Shown in pieces: positions 44,801 through 59,800 of a stretch of DNA of 64,000 bases (position 1 is the stretch's first letter; each line of letters starts with the position of its first letter). The stretch comes from Squalus acanthias (lineage: Eukaryota). Below the pieces are notes generated by a model that saw only the letters and a program-made list of their open reading frames with translations, searched no databases and was not told the origin of the DNA. The stretch covers positions 140,742,001 to 140,806,000 of the forward strand of contig CM059431.1 in NCBI GenBank assembly GCA_030390025.1, given 5' to 3'. A program made the translations under genes and the position numbers.

Positions 44801-47800
44801 AGGGCCCATCCTCCCCGGGTTGCACACTGTCTGATCTCAATGAGCCCATCCTCACCCCCGCCCCCCCGGTTACACACTGTCTGATCTCACTGGGCACATC
44901 CTCCGCGGGTTACACACTCTCTGATCTCAATGCGCCCATCCTCCCCGGGTGACACACTGTCTGAACTCATTTGGCCCATCCCCCCCGGGTTACACACTTT
45001 TGATCTCACTGGTCCCATCCTCCCCGGGTTACACACTGTCTCATCTCACTGGGCCCATCCTCCCCGGGTTACACACTGTCTGATCTCACTGGGCCCATCC
45101 TCCCCGGGTTATACACTGTCTGATCTCACTGGGTCCATCCTCCCCGGGGTACACACTGTCTTATCTCACTGAGCCCATCCTCCCGAAGTTACACAGTGCC
45201 AGATCTCACTGGGCCCACAACCCACACCCGGGGTTACACACTGTCTGATCTCGCTGGTTCCATCCTCCCCGGGTTACACACTGTCTGATCTCACTGGGCC
45301 CATCCTCCCTGGGTTACACACTGTCTGATCTCACAGGGCCCATCCTCCCCGGTTTACACACTGTCTGATCTCACTGGGCCCATCCTCCCCGGGTTACATA
45401 CTGTCTGATCTCAGTTGCCCCTCCTCCCCGGGTTACACACTGTCTGATCTCACTGGGCCCACCCTCCCCGGGTTACACACTGTCTGATCTCACTGGACCC
45501 ATCCTCCCCGGGTTACAGACTGTCTGATCTCACTGGACCCATCCTCCCCGGGATACACACTCTATGATCTCACCGAGCCCATCCCCACCCCCGCCCCGGT
45601 TACGCATTGTCTGATCACACTGGGCCCATCCTCCCCGGGTTGCACACTGTCGGATCTCACTGGGTCCATCCTCCCTGGGTTACACACTGTCTGATCTCAC
45701 TGGGCCCCACCGCACCCCCCGGGTTACACACTGTCTGATCTCACTGGGCCCATCCTCCCCGGGTAACACACTGTCTGATCACACTGGGCCCATCCACCCC
45801 GGGTTACACACTGTCTTATCTCACTGTGCACATCCTCCCGAAGTTACACAGTGCCAGATCGCACTGGGCCCACAACCCACACCCGGGGTTGCACACTGTC
45901 TGATCTCGCTGGGCCCATTCTCCCCGGGTTACACACTGTCTGATCTCACTGAGCCCATCCTCCCCGGGTTACACACTGTCTGATCTCACAGGGCCCATCC
46001 TCCCCGGGTTGCACACTGTCTGATCTCACTGAGCCCATCCTCCCCCCCGCCCCCCCGGGTTACACACTGTCTGATCTCACTGGGCCCATCCTCCCCCGGT
46101 TACACACTGTCTGATCTCACTGGGCACATCCTCCGCGGGTTACACACTCTCTGATCTCAATGCGCCCATCCTCCACGGGTGACACTCTGTCTGAACTCAT
46201 TGGGCCCATCCCCCCCGGGTTACACACTTTTGATCTCACTGGTCCCATCCTCCCCGGGTTACACACTGTCTCATCTCACTGGGCCCATCCTCCCCGGGTT
46301 ACACACTGTCTGATCTCACAGGGCCCATCCTCCCCGGTTTACACACTGTCTGATCTCACTGGGCCCATCCTCCCCGGGTTACATACTGTCTGATCTCAGT
46401 TGCCCCTCCTCCCCGGGTTACACACTGTCTGATCTCACTGGGCCCACCCTCCCCGGGTTACACACTGTGTGATCTCACTGGACCCATCCTCCCCGGGTTA
46501 CAGACTGTCTGATCTCACTGGACCCATCCTCCCCGGGTTACACACTCTATGATCTCATAGAGCCCATCCCCAACCCCCGCCCGGGTTACGAATTGTCTGA
46601 TCACACTGGGCCCGTCCACCCCGGGTTACACACTGTCTGATCACACTGGGCCCATCCTCCCCGGGTTACACACTGTCTGATCTCTCTGGTCCCATCCTCC
46701 CCGGGTTACACACTGTCTGATCTCACTGGGCCCATCCTCCCCGTGTTACACACTGTCAGATCTCACTGGGCCAATCTTCCCCGGGTTACACACTGTCTGA
46801 TCTCACTGGGTCCATCCTGCCCGAGTTGCACACTGTCTGATCTCACTGGGACCATCCTGCCCGGGTTACACCTTGTCTGATCTCACTGGCCCCATCCTCC
46901 CCGGGTTACACAATGACTGATCTCACTGGGCCCATCCTCCCCGGATTACACACTGTCTGATCTCACTGGGCCCATCCCCCCGGGGTTACACACTGTCTGA
47001 TCTCACTGGGACCATCCTCCAAGGGTTACACAATGTCTGATCTCACTGGGCTCATCCTCCCAGGTTTACACACTGTCTGATCTCACTGGGCCCATCCTCC
47101 CCGGGTTACACACTGTCTGATCTCACAGGTCCCATCCTCCCCGGTTTACACACTGTCTGATCTCACTGGGCCCATCCTCCCCGGGTTATATACTGTCTGA
47201 TCTCAGTTTCCCCTCCTCCGCAGGTTACACACTGTCTGATCTCACTGGGCCCACCCTCCCCGGGTTACACACTGTGTGATCTCACTGGACCCATCCTCCC
47301 TGGGTTACACACTCTATGATCTCACCGAGCCCATCCACCCCCCCCCCCCCCCCGCCCGCCGCCCCGGTTACATATTTTCTGATCTAACTGGGCCCATCCA
47401 CCCCGGATTACACACTGTCTGATCTCACTGGGCCCGCCCTCCCCGGGTTACACATTGTCTTTTCACACTTTGCCCGTCCACCCCGGGTTACACATTGTCT
47501 GATCACACTGGGTCCATCCTCCACGGGTTACACACTGTCTGATCTCACTGGGCACATCCTCCGCGGGTTACACACTCTCTGATCTCAATTTGCCCATCCT
47601 CCCCGGGTTACACACTGTCTGAACTCATTGGGCCCATCCCCCCCGGGTTAAACACTTTTGATCTCACTGGGCCCATCCTCCTCGAGTTACACACTGCCGG
47701 ATCTCACTGGGCCCATCCTCCCCGGGTTACACACTGTCAGATCTCACTGGGCCCATCTTCCCCGGGTTACACACTGTCTGATCTCATTGGGTCCATCCTG

Positions 47801-50800
47801 CCCGGGTTACACACTGTCTGATCTCACTGGGCCCATCCTCCCCGGGTTACACATTGTCTGATCTCACTGGGCACATCATCCCCGGGTTACACACTGTCTG
47901 ATCTCACTGGGTCCATCCTCTCCGGGTTGCACACTGTCTGATCTCCCAGGGCCCATCCCCCCGGGGTTACACACTGTCTGATCTCACTGGGCCCATCCTC
48001 CCTGTGGTACACACTGTCTGCTCACACTGGGCCCATCCCCCCCGGGTTAAACACTGTTGATCTCACTGGGCCCATCCTCCCCGGGTGACACACTGTCTCA
48101 TCTCACTGGGCCCATCCTCCCCGGGTTACACACTGTCTGATCTCACTGGGCCCATCCTCCCCGGGTTACACACTGCCTGATCACACTGGGCCCATCCTTC
48201 CCGGTTTAAACAGTGTCTGATCTCACTGGGCCCATCCTCCCGAAGTTACACAGTGTCCGATCTAACTGTGCCCACCACCACCCCCGGGGTTACACACTGT
48301 CTGATCTCGCTGGGGCTATCCTCCCCGGATTACACACTTTCTGATCTCAGTGGGTCCATCCTCCCCGGATTACACAATGTCTGATCTCACTGGGCCCATC
48401 CTCCCCGGGTTACACACTGTCTGATCTCATAGGCCCATCCTCCCCGGGTTACACACTGTCTGATCTCACTGGGCCCATTCCCCCCGGGTTACACCCTGTC
48501 TGATCTAACTGGGCCCATCCACCCCGGATTACACACTGTCAGATCTCACTGGGCCCGTCCTCCCCGCGTTACACACTGTCTGATCTCATTGGCCCATCCT
48601 CCCCGGGTTACACACTCTATGATCTCACCGAGCCCATCCCCACCCCCGCCCCGGTTACACATTGTCTGATCTAACTGGGCCCATCCTCCCCGGGTTACAC
48701 ACTGTCTGATCTCACTGGGCCCGTCCTCCCCGGGTTACACACTGTCTGATCACACTGGGCCCGTCCACCCCGGGTTACACACTGTCTGATCTCACTGGGC
48801 CCATCCTCCCCGGGTTACACACTGTCTGATCTCTCTTGTCCCATCCTCCCCGGGTTACACACTGCCTGATCTCACTGGGCCCATCCTCCCCGGGTTACAC
48901 ACTGTCTGATCTCACTGGGCCCATCCTCCCGGGTTACACACTGTCTGATCTCACTGGGCACATCCTCCCCGGGTTACACACTGTCTGATCTCACTGGGTC
49001 CATCCTGCCCGGGTTACACACTGTCTGATCTCACTGGGACCATCCTCCCCGAGTTACACACTGTCTGATCTCACTGGGCCCATCCTCCCCGGGTTACACA
49101 CTGACTGATCTCACTGGGCCCATCCTCCCCGGATTACACACTGTCTGATCTCACTGGGCCCATCCTCCCCGGGTTACACACTGTCTGATCTCACTGGGTC
49201 CATCCTCTCCGGGTTGCACACTGTCTGATCTCACTGGGCCCATCCCCCCGGGGTTACACACTGTCTGATCTCACTGGGCCCATCCCCCCGGGGTTACACA
49301 CTGTCTGATCTCACTGGGCTCATCATCCCAGGGTTACACACTGTCTGATCTCACTGGGCCCATCCTCCCTGTGGTACACACTGTCTGATCTCACTGGGCC
49401 CATCCGCCAGGGTTAAATACTGTTGATCACACTGAGCCCATCCTCCCCGGGTTACACACTGTCTCATCTCACTGGGCCCACCCTCCTCGGGTAACACACT
49501 GTCTGAACTCACTGAGCCCATCCTCCCCTGGTTACACATTGTCTGATCTCACTAGGCCCATCCTCCCCAGGTTACCCACTGTCTGATCTCACTGGGCACA
49601 TCCTCCGCGGGTTACACACTGTCTGATCTCATTGGGCCCATCCTCCCCGGGTTACACAAGGTCTGATCTCACTGGGCCCATCCTCCCCGGGTTACACACT
49701 GTCTGATCTCACTGGGCCCATCCTCCCCGGGTTACACACTGTCTGATCTCACTGGGCCCATCCTCCCCGGGTTACACACTGTCTGATCTCACTGGGCCCA
49801 TCCTCCCCGGGTTACACACTGTCTGATCACACTGGGCCCATCCTCCCGGTTTACACACTGTCTGATCTCACTGGGCCCATCCTCCCGAGTTACACACTGT
49901 CTGATCTCACTGGGCCCATCCTCCCCGGGTTACACACTGTCTGATCTCACTGGGCCCATCCTCCCCGGGTTACACACTGTCTGATCTCACTGGGCCCATC
50001 CTCCACGGTTACACACTGTCTGATCTCACTGGGCCCATCCTCCCCGGGTTACACACTGTCTGATCTCACTGGGCCCATCCTCCCCGGGTTACACACTGTC
50101 TGATCTCACTGGGCCCATCCTCCCCGGGTTACACACTGTCTGATCTCACTGGGCCCATCCTCCCCGGGTTACACACTGTCTGATCTCACTGGGCCCATCC
50201 TCCCCGGGTTACACACTGTCTGATCTCACTGGGCCCATCCTCCCGGGTTACACACTGTCTGATCTCACTGGGCCCATCCTCCCCGGGTTACACACTGTCT
50301 GATCTCACTGGGCCCATCCTCCCCGGGTTACACACTGTCTGATCTCACTGGGCCCATCCTCCCCGGGTTACACACTGTCTGATCTCACTGGGCCCATCCT
50401 CCCCGGGTTACACACTGTCTGATCTCACTGGGCCATCCTCCCCGGTTACACACTGTCTGATCTCACTGGGCCCATCCTCCCCGGGTTACACACTGTCTGA
50501 TCTCACTGGGCCCATCCTCCCGGGTTACACACTGTCTGATCTCACTGGGCCCATCCTCCCCGGGTTACACACTGTCTGATCTCACTGGGCCCATCCTCCC
50601 GGGTTACACACTGTCTGATCTCACTGGGCCCATCCTCCCCGGGTTACACACTGTCAGATCTCACTGGGCCCGTCCTCCCCGCGTTACACACTGTCTGATC
50701 TCATTGGCCCATCCTCCCCGGGTTGCACACTCTATGATCTCACCGAGCCCATCCCCACCCCCGCCCCGGTTACACATTGTCTGATCTAACTGGGCCCATC

Positions 50801-53800
50801 CACCCCGAATTACACACTGTCTGATCTCACTGGGCCCGTCCTCCCCGGGTTACACATTGTCTGATCACACTGGGCCCGTCCACCCCGGGTTACACACTGT
50901 CTGATCACACTGGGCCCATCCTCCCCGGGTTACACACTGTCTGATCTCTCTTGTCCCATCCTCCCCGGGTTACACACTGCCGGATCTCACTGGGTCCATC
51001 CTCCCCGTGTTACACACTGTCAGCTCTTACTGGGCCCATCCTTCCCGGGTTACACACTGTCTGATCTCACTGGGCACATCCTCCCCGGGTTACACACTGT
51101 CTGATCTCACTGGGTCCATCCTGCCCGGGTTACACACTGTCTGATCTCACTGGGACCATCCTCCCCGAGTTACACATTGTCTGATCTCACTGGGCCCATC
51201 CTCCCCGGATTACACACTGTCTGATCTCACTGGGCACATCATCCCCGGGTTACACACTGTCTGATCTCACTGGGTCCATCCTCTCCGGGTTGCACACTGT
51301 CTGATCTCACTGGGCCCATCCCCCGGGTTACACACTGTCTGATCTCACTGGGACCATCCTCCACGGGTTACACAATGTCTGATCTCACTGGGCTCATCCT
51401 CCCAGGGTTACACACTGTCTGATCTCACTGGGCCCATCCTCCCTGTGGTACACACTGTCTGATCTCACTGGGCCCATCCCCCCGGGTTAAACACTGTTGA
51501 TCACACTGAGCCCATCCTCCCCGGGTTACACACTGTCTCATCTCACTGGGCCCACCCTCCTCGGGTTACACACTGTCTGAACTCACTGAGCCCATCCTCC
51601 CCTGGTTACACATTGTCTGATCTCACTAGGCCCATCCTCCCCAGGTTACACACTGTCTGATCACACTGGGCCCATCCTCCCCGGATTACACACTGTCTGA
51701 TCTCACTGGGCCCATCCTCCCCGGGTTACACACTGTCTGATCTCACTGGGCACATTCTCCCCGGGTGACACACTGTCTCATCTCACTGGGCCCATCCTCC
51801 CCGGATTACACACTGTCTGATCTCACTGGGCCCATCCTCCCCGGGTTACACACTGTCTGATCTCACTGGGCACATTCTCCCCGGGTTATACACTGTCTGA
51901 CCTCACTGGGCCCATCTTCCCCGGGTTACACACTGGCTGATCACACTGGGCCCATCCTTCCCGGTTTAAACGCTGTCTGATCTCAGTGGGCCCATCCTCC
52001 CGAAGTTACACAGTGTCAGATCTCACTGGGCCCACCACCACCCCCGAAGTTACACAGTGTCCGATCTAACTGTGCCCACCACCACCCCCGGGGTTACACA
52101 CTGTATGATCTCGCTGGGGCTATCCTCCCAGGGTTACACACTGTCTGATCTCACTGGGCCCATCCTCCCTGGGTTACACACTGTCTGATCTCACTGGGCC
52201 CATCCTCCCCGGGTTACACACTGTCTGATCTCACTGGGCCCATCCTCCCCGGGTTACACACTGTCTGATCTCACTGGGCCCATCCTCCCGGGTTACACAC
52301 TGTCTGATCTCACTGGCCCATCCTCCCCGGGTTACACACTGTCTGATCTCACTAGGCCCATCCTCCCCGGGTTACACACTGTCTGATCTCACTGGGCCCA
52401 TCCTCCCCGGGTTACACACTGTCTGATCTCACTGGGCCCATCCTCCCCGGGTTACACACTGTCTGATCTCACTGGGCCCATCCTCCCCGGGTTACACACT
52501 GTCTGATCTCACTGGGCCCATCCTCCCCGGTTACACACTGTCTGATCTCACTGGGCCCATCCTCCCCGGGTTACACACTGTCTGATCTCACTGGGCCCAT
52601 CCTCCCCGGGTTACACACTGTCTGATCTCACTGGGCCCATCTCCCCGGGTTACACACTGTCTGATCACACTGGGCCCATCCTTCCCGGTTTAAACGCTGT
52701 CTGATCTCAGTGGGCCCATCCTCCCGAAGTTACACAGTGTCAGATCTCACTGGGCCCACCACCACCCCCGAAGTTACACAGTGTCCGATCTAACTGTGCC
52801 CACCACCACCCCCGGGGTTACACACTGTATGATCTCGCTGGGGCTATCCTCCCCGGATTACACACTTTCTGATCTCAGTGGGTCCATCCTCCCCGGATTA
52901 CACAATGTCTGATCTCACTGGGCCCATCCTCCCCGGGTTACACACTGTCTGATCTCATAGGCCCATCCTCCCCGGGTTACACACTGTCTGATCTCATGGG
53001 CCATTCCCCCCGGGTTACAACCCTGTCTGATCTAACTGGGCCCATCCACCCCGGATTACACACTGTCAGATCTCACTGGGCCCGTCTCCCCGCGTTACAC
53101 ACTGTCTGATCTCATTGGCCCCATCCTCCCCGGGTTGCACACTCTATGATCTCACCGAGCCCATCCCCCCCTCCCCGGGTTACACACTGTCTGATCTCAC
53201 TGGGCCCATCCTCCCGGTTACACACTGTCTGATCTCACTGGGCCCATCCTCCCCGGGTTACACACTGTCTGATCTCACTGGGCCCATCCTCCCCGGGTTA
53301 CACACTGTCTGATCTCACTGGGCCCATCCTCCCCGGGTTACACACTGTCTGATCTCACTGGGCCCATCCTCCCCGGGTTACACACTGTCTGATCTCACTG
53401 GGCCCATCCTCCCCGGTTACACACTGTCTGATCTCACTGGGCCCATCCTCCCGGGTTACACACTGTCTGATCTCACTGGGCCCATCCTCCCCGGGTTACA
53501 CACTGTCTGATCTCACTGGGACCATCCTCCCCGGGTTACACACTGTCTGATCTCACTGGGCCCATCCTCCCCGGGTTACACACTGTCTGATCTCACTGGG
53601 CCCATCCTCCCCGGGTTACACACTGTCTGATCTCACTGGGCCCATCCTCCCCGGGTTACACACTGTCTGATCTCACTGGGTCCATCCTCTCCGGGTTGCA
53701 CACTGTCTGATCTCACTGGGCCCATCCCCCCGGGTTACACACTGTCTGATCTCACTGGGACCATCCTCCACGGGTTACACAATGTCTGATCTCACTGGGC

Positions 53801-56800
53801 TCATCCTCCCAGGGTTACACACTGTCTGATCTCACTGGGCCCATCCTCCCTGTGGTACACACTGTCTGATCTCACTGGGCCCATCCCCCCGGGTTAAATA
53901 CTGTTGATCACACTGAGCCCATCCTCCCCGGGTTACACACTGTCTCATCTCACTGGGCCCACCCTCCTCGGGTAACACACTGTCTGAACTCACTGAGCCC
54001 ATCCTCCCCTGGTTACACATTGTCTGATCTCTCTAGGCCCATCCTCCCCAGGTTACACACTGTCTGATCACACTGGGCCCATCCTCCCCGGATTACACAC
54101 TGTCTGATCTCACTGGGCCCATCCTCCCCGGGTTACACACTGTCTGATCTCACTGGGCACATTCTCCCCGGGTTATACACTGTCTGACCTCACTGGGCCC
54201 ATCTTCCCCGGGTTACACACTGGCTGATCACACTGGGCCCATCCTTCCCGGTTTAAACGCTGTCTGATCTCAGTGGGCCCATCCTCCCGAAGTTACACAG
54301 TGTCAGATCTCACTGGGCCCACCACCACCCCCGAAGTTAGACAGTGTCAGATCTCACTGGGCCCACCACCACCCCCGGGGTTACACACTGTCTGATCTCA
54401 CTGGGCCCATCCTGCACTATTTACACACTGTCTGATCTCACTGTGCCCATCATCCTCCGGTTTCACACTGTCTGATCTCACTGGGCACATCCTCCGCGGG
54501 TTACACACTCTCTGATCTCACTGGGCCCATCCCCCCGGGTTAAATACTGTTGATCACACTGGGCCCATCCCCCCGGGTTACACACTGTCTGATCTCACTG
54601 GGACCATCCTCCACGGGTTACACAATGTCTGATCTCACTGGGCTCATCCTCCCAGGGTTACACACTGTCTGATCTCACTGGGCCCATCCTCCCCGGGTTA
54701 CACACTGTCTGAACTCACTGGGCCCATCCCCCCGGTTACACACTTTTGATCTCACTGGGCCCATCATCCCCGGGTTACACACTGTCTGATCTCACTGGGC
54801 CCATCCTCCCCGGGTTACACACTGTCTGATCTCACTGGGCCCATCCTCCCCGGGTTACACACTGACTGATCTCACTGGGCCCATCCTCCCCGGTTACACA
54901 CTGTCTGATCTCACTGGGCCCATCCTCCCCGGGTTACACACTGTCTGATCTCACTGGGCCCATCCTCCCCGGTTACACACTGTCTGATCTCACTGGGCCC
55001 ATCCTCCCCGGGTTACACACTGTCTGATCTCACTGGGCCCATCCTCCCGAGTTACACAGTGCCAGATCTCACTGGGCCCCAACCACCCCGGGTTACACAC
55101 TGTCTGATCTCACTGGGCCAATCCTCCCCGGGTTACACACTGTCTGATCTCACTGGGCCCATCCTCCCCGGGTTACACACTGTCTGATCTCACTGGGCCC
55201 ATCCTCCCCGGGTTACACACTGTCTGATCTCACTGGGCCCATCCTCCCCGGGTTACACACTGTCTGATCTCACTGGGCCCATCCTCCCCGGGTTACACAC
55301 TGTCTGATCTCACTGGGCCCATCCTCCCCGGGTTACACACTGTCTGATCTCACTGGGCCCATCCTCCCCGGGTTACACACTGTCTGATCTCACTGGGCCA
55401 TCCTCCCCGGGTTACACACTGTCTGATCTCACTGGGCCCATCCTCCCCGGGTTACACACTGTCTGATCTCACTGGGCCCATCCTCCCCGGGTTACACACT
55501 GTCTGATCTCACTGGGCCCATCCTCCCCGGGTTACACACTGTCTGATCTCACTGGCCCATCCTCCCCGGGTTACACACTGTCTGATCTCACTGGGCCCAT
55601 CCTCCCCGGGTTACACACTGTCTGATCTCACTGGGCCCATCCTCCCGGGTTACACACTGTCTGATCTCACTGGGTCCATCCTCCCCGTGTTACACACTGT
55701 CAGATCTTACTGGGCCCATCCTCCCGGGTTACACACTGTCTGATCTCACTGGGCACATCCTCCCCGGGTTACACACTGTCTGATCTCACTGGGTCCATCC
55801 TGCCCGGGTTACACACTGTCTGATCTCACTGGGACCATCCTCCCCGAGTTACACACTGTCTGATCTCACTGGGCCCATCCTCCCCGGATTACACACTGTC
55901 TGATCTCACTGGGCCCATCCTCCCCGGGTTACACACTGTCTGATCTCACTGGGTCCATCCTCTCCGGGTTGCACACTGTCTGATCTCACTGGGCCCATCC
56001 TCCCCGGGTTACACACTGTCTGATCTCACTGGGACCATCCTCCCCGGGTTACACAATGTCTGATCTCACTGGGCTCATCCTCCCAGGGTTACACACTGTC
56101 TGATCTCACTGGGCCCATCCTCCCTGTGGTACACACTGTCTGATCTCACTGGGCCCATCCCCCCGGGTTAAATACTGTCTGATCTCACTGGCCCATCCTC
56201 CCGGGTTACACACTGTCTGATCTCACTGGGCCCATCCTCCCGGGTTACACACTGTCTGATCTCACTGGGCCCATCCTCCCCGGGTTACACACTGTCTGAT
56301 CTCACTGGGCCCATCCTCCCCGGGTTACACACTGTCTGATCTCACTGGGCCCATCCTCCCCGGTTACACACTGTCTGATCTCACTGGGCCCATCCTCCCC
56401 GGGTTACACACTGTCTGATCTCACTGGGCCCATCCTCCCGGGTTACACACTGTCTGATCTCACTGGGCCCATCCTCCCCGGGTTACACACTGTCTGATCT
56501 CACTGGGCCCATCCTCCCCGGGTTACACACTGTCTGATCTCACTGGGCCCATCCTCCCCGGGTTACACACTGTCTGATCTCACTGGGCCCATCCTCCCCG
56601 GGTTACACACTGTCTGATCTCACTGGGCCCATCCTCCCCGGGTTACACACTGTCTGATCTCACTGGGCCCATCCTGCACTATTTACACACTGTCTGATCT
56701 CACTGTGCCCATCATCCTCCGGTTTCACACTGTCTGATCTCACTGGGCACATCCTCCGCGGGTTACACACTCTCTGATCTCACTGGGCCCATCCCCCCGG

Positions 56801-59800
56801 GTTAAATACTGTTGATCACACTGGGCCCATCCCCCCGGGTTACACACTGTCTGATCTCACTGGGACCATCCTCCACGGGTTACACAATGTCTGATCTCAC
56901 TGGGCTCATCCTCCCAGGGTTACACACTGTCTGATCTCACTGGGCCCATCCTCCCCGGGTTACACACTGTCTGAACTCATTGGGCCCATCCCCCCCGGGT
57001 TACACACTTTTGATCTCACTGGGCCCATCATCCCCGGGTTACACACTGTCTCATCTCACTGGGCCCATCCTCCCCGGGTTACACACTGTCTGATCTCACT
57101 GGGCCCATCCTCCCCGGGTTATACACTTACTGAACTTACTGGGTCCATCCTCTCCGGATTAGACACTGTCTGATCTCACTGGGCCCATCCTCCCCGGGTT
57201 ACACACTGTCTGATCTCACTGGGCCCATCCTCCCCGGTTACACACTGTCTGATCTCACTGGGCCCATCCTCCCCGGGTTACACACTGTCTGATCTCACTG
57301 GGCCCATCCTCCCGAGTTACACACTGTCTGATCTCACTGGGCCCATCCTCCCCGGGTTACACACTGTCTGATCTCACTGGGCCCATCCTCCCCGGGTTAC
57401 ACACTGTCTGATCTCACTGGGCCCATCCTCCCCGGGTTACACACTGTCTGATCTCACTGGGCCCATCCTCCCCGGGTTACACACTGTCTGATCTCACTGG
57501 GCCCATCCTCCCCGGTTACACACTGTCTGATCTCACTGGGCCCATCCTCCCGGGTTACACACTGTCTGATCTCACTGGGCCCATCCTCCCCGGGTTACAC
57601 ACTGTCTGATCTCACTGGGCCCATCCTCCCCGGGTTACACACTGTCTGATCTCACTGGGCCCATCCTCCCCGGGTTACACACTGTCTGATCTCACTGGGC
57701 CCATTCTCCCCGGGTTACACACTGTCTGACCTCACTGGGCCCATCTCCCCGGGTTACACACTGGCTGATCACACTGGGCCCATCCTCCCGGTTTAAACAG
57801 CTGTCTGATCTCACTGGGCCCATCCTCCCGAGTTACACAGTGTCTGATCTCACTGGGCCCACACCACCCCCGAGTTACACACTGTCTGATCTCACTGGGC
57901 CCACCTCCACCCGGGTTACACACTGTCTGATCTCACTGGGCCCATCCTCCACTATTTACACACTGTCTGATCTCACTGGGCCCATCCTCCCCGGTTACAC
58001 ACTGTCTGATCTCACTGGGCACATCCTCCCCGGGTTACACACTGTCTGATCTCACTGGGCCCATCCTCCCCGGGTTACACACTGTCTGATCTCACTGGGC
58101 CCATCCTCCCCGGGTTACACACTGTCTGATCTCACTGGGCACATCCTCCCCGGGTTACACACTGTCTGATCTCACTGGGCCCATCCTCCCGGGTTACACA
58201 CTGTCTGATCTCACTGGGCCCATCCTCCCGGGTTTACACACTGTCTGATCTCACTGGGCCCATCCTCCCCGGGTTACACACTGTCTGATCTCACTGGGCC
58301 CATCCTCCCCCGGGTTACACACTGTCTGATCTCACTGGGCCCATCCTCCCCGGGTTACACACTGTCTGATCTCACTGGGCCCATCCTCCCCGGGTTACAC
58401 ACTGTCTGATCTCACTGGGTCCCATCCTCCCCGGGTTACACACTGTCTGATCTCACTGGGCCCATCCTCCCCGGGTTACACACTGTCTGATCTCACTGGG
58501 CCCATCCTCCCCGGGTTACACACTGTCTGATCTCACTGGGCCCATCCTCCCCGGGTTACACACTGTCTGATCTAACTGGGCCCATCCTCCCCGGGTTACA
58601 CACTGTCTGATCTCACTGGGCCCGTCCTCCCCGGGTTACACACTGTCTGATCTCACTGGCCCATCCTCCCCGGGCTGCACACTCTATGATCTCACCGAGC
58701 CCATCCCCACCCCCGCCCCGGTTACACATTGTCTGATCTAACTGGGCCCATCCACCCCGAATTACACACTGTCTGATCTCACTGGGCCCGTCCTCCCCGG
58801 GTTGCACATTGTCTGATCACACTGGGCCCGTCCACCCCGGGTTACACACTGTCTGATCACACTGGGCCCATCCTCCCCGGGTTACACACTGTCTGATCTC
58901 TCTTGTCCCATCCTCCCCGGGTTACACACTGCCGGATCTCACTGGGTCCATCCTCCCCGTGTTACACACTGTCAGCTCTTACTGGGCCCATCCTTCCCGG
59001 GTTACACACTGTCTGATCTCACTGGGACCATCATCCCCGGGTTACACACTGTCTGATCTCACTGGGTCCATCCTCTCCGGGTTGCACACTGTCTGATCTC
59101 ACTGGGCCCATCCCCCCGGGGTTACACACTGTCTGATCTCACTGGGACCATCCTCCACGGGTTACACAATGTCTGATCTCACTGGGCTCATCCTCCCAGG
59201 GTTACACACTGTCTGATCTCACTGGGCCCATCCTCCCTGTGGTACACACTGTCTGATCTCACTGGGCCCATCCCCCCGGGTTAAATACTGTTGATCACAC
59301 TGAGCCCATCCTCCCCGGGTTACACACTGTCTCATCTCACTGGGCCCACCCTCCTCGGGTAACACACTGTCTGAACTCACTGAGCCCATCCTCCCCTGGT
59401 TACACATTGTCTGATCTCACTAGGCCCATCCTCCCCAGGTTACACACTGTCTGATCACACTGGGCCCATCCTCCCCGGATTACACACTGTCTGATCTCAC
59501 TGGGCCCATCCTCCCCGGGTTACACACTGTCTGATCTCACTGGGCACATTCTCCCCGGGTTATACACTGTCTGACCTCACTGGGCCCATCTTCCCCGGGT
59601 TACACACTGGCTGATCACACTGGGCCCATCCTTCCCGGTTTAAACGCTGTCTGATCTCAGTGGGCCCATCCTCCCGAAGTTACACAGTGTCAGATCTCAC
59701 TGGGCCCACCACCACCCCCGAAGTTAGACAGTGTCAGATCTCACTGGGCCCACCACCACCCCCGGGGTTACACACTGTCTGATCTCACTGGGCCCATCCT